Shown here piece by piece: positions 60,819-64,000 of a stretch of 64,000 bases of DNA (position 1 is the first letter of the stretch; every line of letters starts with the position of its first letter). The stretch spans positions 1 to 64,000 of the forward strand of contig CAVVMW010000005.1 in the NCBI GenBank assembly GCA_963749495.1. Reading direction: 5' to 3'. Under the pieces are notes generated by a model. The model was not told the origin of the DNA. It saw only the letters and a list, made by a program, of their open reading frames with translations, and did not search any database. Source of the DNA: an uncultured bacterium. Its GTDB lineage: Bacteria > Verrucomicrobiota > Verrucomicrobiia > Limisphaerales > UBA8199. The position numbers and the translations under genes are program-made.

Positions 60819-61799
60819 ATGAATGTAGCGTTGAACGAACAAGTGCAGGCGGCGGCGGCCTGGATAGGGAAGCTCCGGACGGAGATCGGCAAGGTCATCG
60901 TGGGCCAGGAGGCCTTGGTGGATCGGCTGCTGGTGGGCCTGCTGGCCAACGGACATGTCCTGCTGGAGGGGGTGCCGGGCCTGGCCAAAACGCTCTCGGT
61001 CCGCACCCTGGCAGCGGCCATCCAGGCCTCGTTTCATCGCATCCAGTTCACGCCGGACCTGCTGCCGGCGGACATCGTCGGCACCCTGATCTATAACCCG
61101 CACGACGGCCAGTACCGCGCGACCAAGGGCCCGGTGTTCGCCAATTTCGTGCTGGCCGATGAGATCAACCGGGCTCCGGCCAAGGTGCAGTCGGCCCTGC
61201 TGGAGACGATGCAGGAACGGCAGGTGACCCTCGGCGGCGAGACCATGCCTCTGCCCTCGCCCTTCCTGGTCCTGGCCACCGAAAACCCCATCGACCAGGA
61301 AGGCACTTATCCCTTGCCGGAGGCCCAGGTGGACCGTTTCATGTTCAAGGTCCTGGTGGACTACCCTTCCTTCGACCAGGAGCGAAAGATCCTCGACCGG
61401 ATGGCCTTCACGGCCCCGGAGACCGGCGTCCAGCCCGTCATCCCCCTGGACGAAATCCTCCAGACCCGCAAGCTGGTCGACCAGATTCACGTCAATGAGA
61501 AGGTCCGGGATTACGTCGTCCACCTGGTCTTCGCCACGCGCAAACCAGAGCAGTATCAACTGGACCTCAAGCATTTCATCCAGTTCGGCGCCTCGCCGCG
61601 CGCGACGATCTACCTGACCTTGGCCGCGCGCGCCTGGGCGCTGCTCCAGGGCCGCGCTTACGTCACCCCTGAGGACGTCAAGAGCATCGGCCCGGACGTC
61701 CTGCGCCATCGCATCATTCTCACCTACGAAGCCGAGGCCCAGGCCGTGACGACCGATGCCATCATCAAGAAGATCTTCAACGCGGTGCCGGTGCCATGA
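60819..61799 (+). CDS. moxR: MoxR-family AAA+ ATPase
   Basis: LLEGVPGLAKT, RIQFTPDLLPAD, DEINRAPAKVQSALLE, GTYPLPEAQVDRF, GASPR. Confidence 0.95.
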   Translation: MNVALNEQVQAAAAWIGKLRTEIGKVIVGQEALVDRLLVGLLANGHVLLEGVPGLAKTLSVRTLAAAIQASFHRIQFTPDLLPADIVGTLIYNPHDGQYRATKGPVFANFVLADEINRAPAKVQSALLETMQERQVTLGGETMPLPSPFLVLATENPIDQEGTYPLPEAQVDRFMFKVLVDYPSFDQERKILDRMAFTAPETGVQPVIPLDEILQTRKLVDQIHVNEKVRDYVVHLVFATRKPEQYQLDLKHFIQFGASPRATIYLTLAARAWALLQGRAYVTPEDVKSIGPDVLRHRIILTYEAEAQAVTTDAIIKKIFNAVPVP

Positions 61800-61809
61800 T
61801 TATAGTTAA

Positions 61810-62718
61810 ATGAACGTTGCTGAGTTACTCGAGTCAGTCCGGCGCATCGAGGTCCGCACCAACCGCCTGGTCAACGATACCATGGTAGGGGCCTACTTGA
61901 GCCACTTCAAAGGCCGGGGCATGGATTTCGAGGAGTTGCGCGAGTACATCCCGGGCGACGAGGTCCGTGATATCGACTGGAACGTGACCTACCGGATGGG
62001 CCGGCCTTTCGTGAAACGTTACCGCGAGGAGCGGGAGTTGGCGATTGTGCTGGCGGTGGACGTCTCGGCCTCGTCTGCCTTCGGCTCGGTGCGGCGGAGC
62101 AAGCGCCAGTTTGCCGCCGAGATCGCCGCCACGCTGGCCATTTCCGCCTCGCGCAGCAGCGACAAGGTCGCCTTGCTCCTGTTCAGCGACCAGGTCGAGC
62201 TGTTCCTGCCGCCGCGCAAGGGCCGCTCCCACATACTGCGCCTGATTCGCGAAACGCTCGTCTTCGAGCCCAAGCGCCGCGGCACCCACATCCCCGCCGC
62301 CTTGGCCTTTCTGAACCACGTCCTGCACCGGCGCTCGATTGTCTTCCTGCTCACCGATTTCCTCCACAACTTCGGCGCCGCCGCCGCCGCCGGGCGCAGC
62401 ACCGTCCAGGAACTGGGCCTCACCAATGCGCGGCACGACCTGGTCTGCCTCCACTTGCACGACCCGCGCGAAAGCCAACTGCCCCCCGCCGGCCTCCTCA
62501 CCCTCGAAGACGCCGAGACGGGCGAATTGCTCGAGTTGGACTCCAACCGCAGCGTGGTGCGCGAGAAGTACGCCGCCACCAACGCCCAGCGATTGGCCGA
62601 ACTGGACCGCGCGCTCCGCCGCGCGGGCGTTGATACCCTCCGCTTCAGCACCACCGACTCCTTCGCCCAGACGCTCCAGCGCTTCTTCGAAACCCGGCGC
62701 GGAAGGAGGAGAGGATGA
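61810..62718 (+). CDS. DUF58 domain protein
   Basis: FKGRGMDFEELREYIPGDEVRDIDWNVT, VDVSAS; follows moxR. Confidence 0.93.
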   Translation: MNVAELLESVRRIEVRTNRLVNDTMVGAYLSHFKGRGMDFEELREYIPGDEVRDIDWNVTYRMGRPFVKRYREERELAIVLAVDVSASSAFGSVRRSKRQFAAEIAATLAISASRSSDKVALLLFSDQVELFLPPRKGRSHILRLIRETLVFEPKRRGTHIPAALAFLNHVLHRRSIVFLLTDFLHNFGAAAAAGRSTVQELGLTNARHDLVCLHLHDPRESQLPPAGLLTLEDAETGELLELDSNRSVVREKYAATNAQRLAELDRALRRAGVDTLRFSTTDSFAQTLQRFFETRRGRRRG

Positions 62719-63362
62719 TTCGGATTCCAAATTTCAAATTTCAAATTTCAAATCTGGAATTTCAGATTTCAAATTGGAAATCTCAGACCCCGCTCCTGGC
62801 TTTGCTGTGCGCCGCGGCGACAAATGCCCCCGACCAAATCCCTCCTCTGCGCGCCCCGCGCGGCGAGCTGCCGCCGGGATTTTGGGAGGAATACGGGCTT
62901 TTGGTCGTGGTGGGCTCGGTGCTCGCGGCCACCTTGCTGGCAATAGCCGCCTGGTTTCTCGCACGGCCCAAGCCGGTGGCGCCTCTGGCGCCGGACGTCG
63001 TGGCCCGCCAGGCCCTCGGGCCCTTGGTCCGCCAGGCGGAAGACGGGGCAGTGTTGAGCGGTGTTTCGCAAATCCTGCGCCGCTACCTCACGGCGGCCTT
63101 TGGTCTGCCGCCCGAGGAATTGACGTGCACGGAGTTCTGCGGCGCGCTGCGCCGATGTGAGGAAGCGGGACCGGAGTTGTCGGCGGCCATCGCAGAGTTC
63201 CTCCGCCTCAACGACGAGCGGAAGTTCGCGCCCGGGGCGGCGCAACCGGCATCCGGAGCGGCCGAGCAGGCCCTCAACTTCATCGAGGCCTCCGAGCAGC
63301 GCCTGGCCCGGCAGCGCCCAGGTCCGGGCGGCGCAGAGAGGATGCATGACCGGCAACCTTGA
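62715..63362 (+). CDS. Single-TM hypothetical protein of the MoxR/Bat operon (DUF4381-like)
   Basis: TM segment, LRRYL, ELTCTEF, D..KFA; overlaps both neighbours. Confidence 0.75.
   Translation: MIRIPNFKFQISNLEFQISNWKSQTPLLALLCAAATNAPDQIPPLRAPRGELPPGFWEEYGLLVVVGSVLAATLLAIAAWFLARPKPVAPLAPDVVARQALGPLVRQAEDGAVLSGVSQILRRYLTAAFGLPPEELTCTEFCGALRRCEEAGPELSAAIAEFLRLNDERKFAPGAAQPASGAAEQALNFIEASEQRLARQRPGPGGAERMHDRQP
62724..62786 (+). repeat. 7-bp tandem repeat (ATTTCAA) x9, degenerate, inside the 5' end of a CDS
   Basis: attccaa atttcaa atttcaa atttcaa atctgga atttcag atttcaa attggaa atctcag. Confidence 0.85.
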
Positions 63363-64000
63363 ATTTCAATATCCGTGGGTGCTTGGGCTGTTGGCCCTGC
63401 TGCCCATCTATGCCTTCCTGCACGGGCGTCCGGGCAGGCTCTCGGCCCTGCGGTTTCCGAGCGCGGACCTGGCGCGGGCGGCGGGGGCGGCGGCGCGGGC
63501 GGCGGCCGGGCGGCTGCTGCTGTTCCTGCGCCTGCTGGCAGCGGGCTTGTGCGTGGTGGCCCTGGCCGGGCCCCGCTTTGCCAATGACCACACGGAGACC
63601 CAGGCCAGCGGTGTGGACATCATGCTCGTGCTCGATTTGTCGTGGTCCATGATGGCCCTGGACATGGGCGGCCCGCAGGAGCGCGTCTCCCGCTATGACA
63701 TCGCCTCCCAGGTGCTCGAGGATTTCATCCGCAAACGGCCCGGCGACCGCATGGGGCTGATCGTCTTCTCGGCCGTGCCCTACCTGGCCAGCCCGCTCAC
63801 GCTCAATCATGACTGGCTCATCGAAAACCTCCACCGCCTCCACGTCGGCCTCATCCGCGACCTGGGCACCGCCATCGGCGACGCCACTGCCGCCGCCGCC
63901 AAGCGCCTCAAGGCCATCCGCGACAGCAAGAGCCGCATCGCCATCGTCCTGACCGATGGGGACAACAACAAAGGCGAGATTGACCCAGTGCCGGCCGCGC
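63346..64000 (+). CDS. batA: BatA-like VWA domain protein (runs off the window end)
   Basis: MTGNLEFQYPWVL, ALAGPR, GVDIMLVLDLSWSM (MIDAS), DRMGLIVF, GTAIGD, VLTDG. Confidence 0.88.
   Translation, partial: MTGNLEFQYPWVLGLLALLPIYAFLHGRPGRLSALRFPSADLARAAGAAARAAAGRLLLFLRLLAAGLCVVALAGPRFANDHTETQASGVDIMLVLDLSWSMMALDMGGPQERVSRYDIASQVLEDFIRKRPGDRMGLIVFSAVPYLASPLTLNHDWLIENLHRLHVGLIRDLGTAIGDATAAAAKRLKAIRDSKSRIAIVLTDGDNNKGEIDPVPAA

Noticed and set aside
1..64000. CRISPR array, tRNA or rRNA genes
   Set aside because: No repeat-spacer periodicity or recognisable structural RNA gene seen; the repeats found are 7-9-bp microsatellites or inverted repeats.

Overview
GC-rich bacterial DNA, probably Verrucomicrobia/PVC superphylum (inferred from C-terminally extended ECF sigma factors, DUF1080, Tat-exported Gfo/Idh/MocA and TIGR04073-like genes). 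About 1-57 kb is an accessory mosaic. It holds secreted or hypothetical proteins, a BlaI/BlaR1(M56) pair, a SWIM-SNF2 helicase, sugar-catabolic enzymes and two VapBC-type loci. It also holds many gene relics and mobile elements: an ISL3, nested integrase-core IS elements, two MITE-like elements, a solo integron-type cassette with attC, and a tyrosine recombinase + IS91-type transposase element. The last 7 kb is core: psd, pssA, ispE and a MoxR-DUF58-BatA operon. Two observations stand out. First, the integrase + IS91-transposase element (53851-56566) splits a beta-helix gene, and its two ends re-form a ~136-nt attC-like hairpin when circularised. Second, a secreted protein has a UGA at 4282 followed in frame by GGNC and a SECIS-like hairpin, making it a candidate selenoprotein. 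Several one-base frameshifts look like sequencing indels. All product calls come from motif recognition by eye; no database searches were run.
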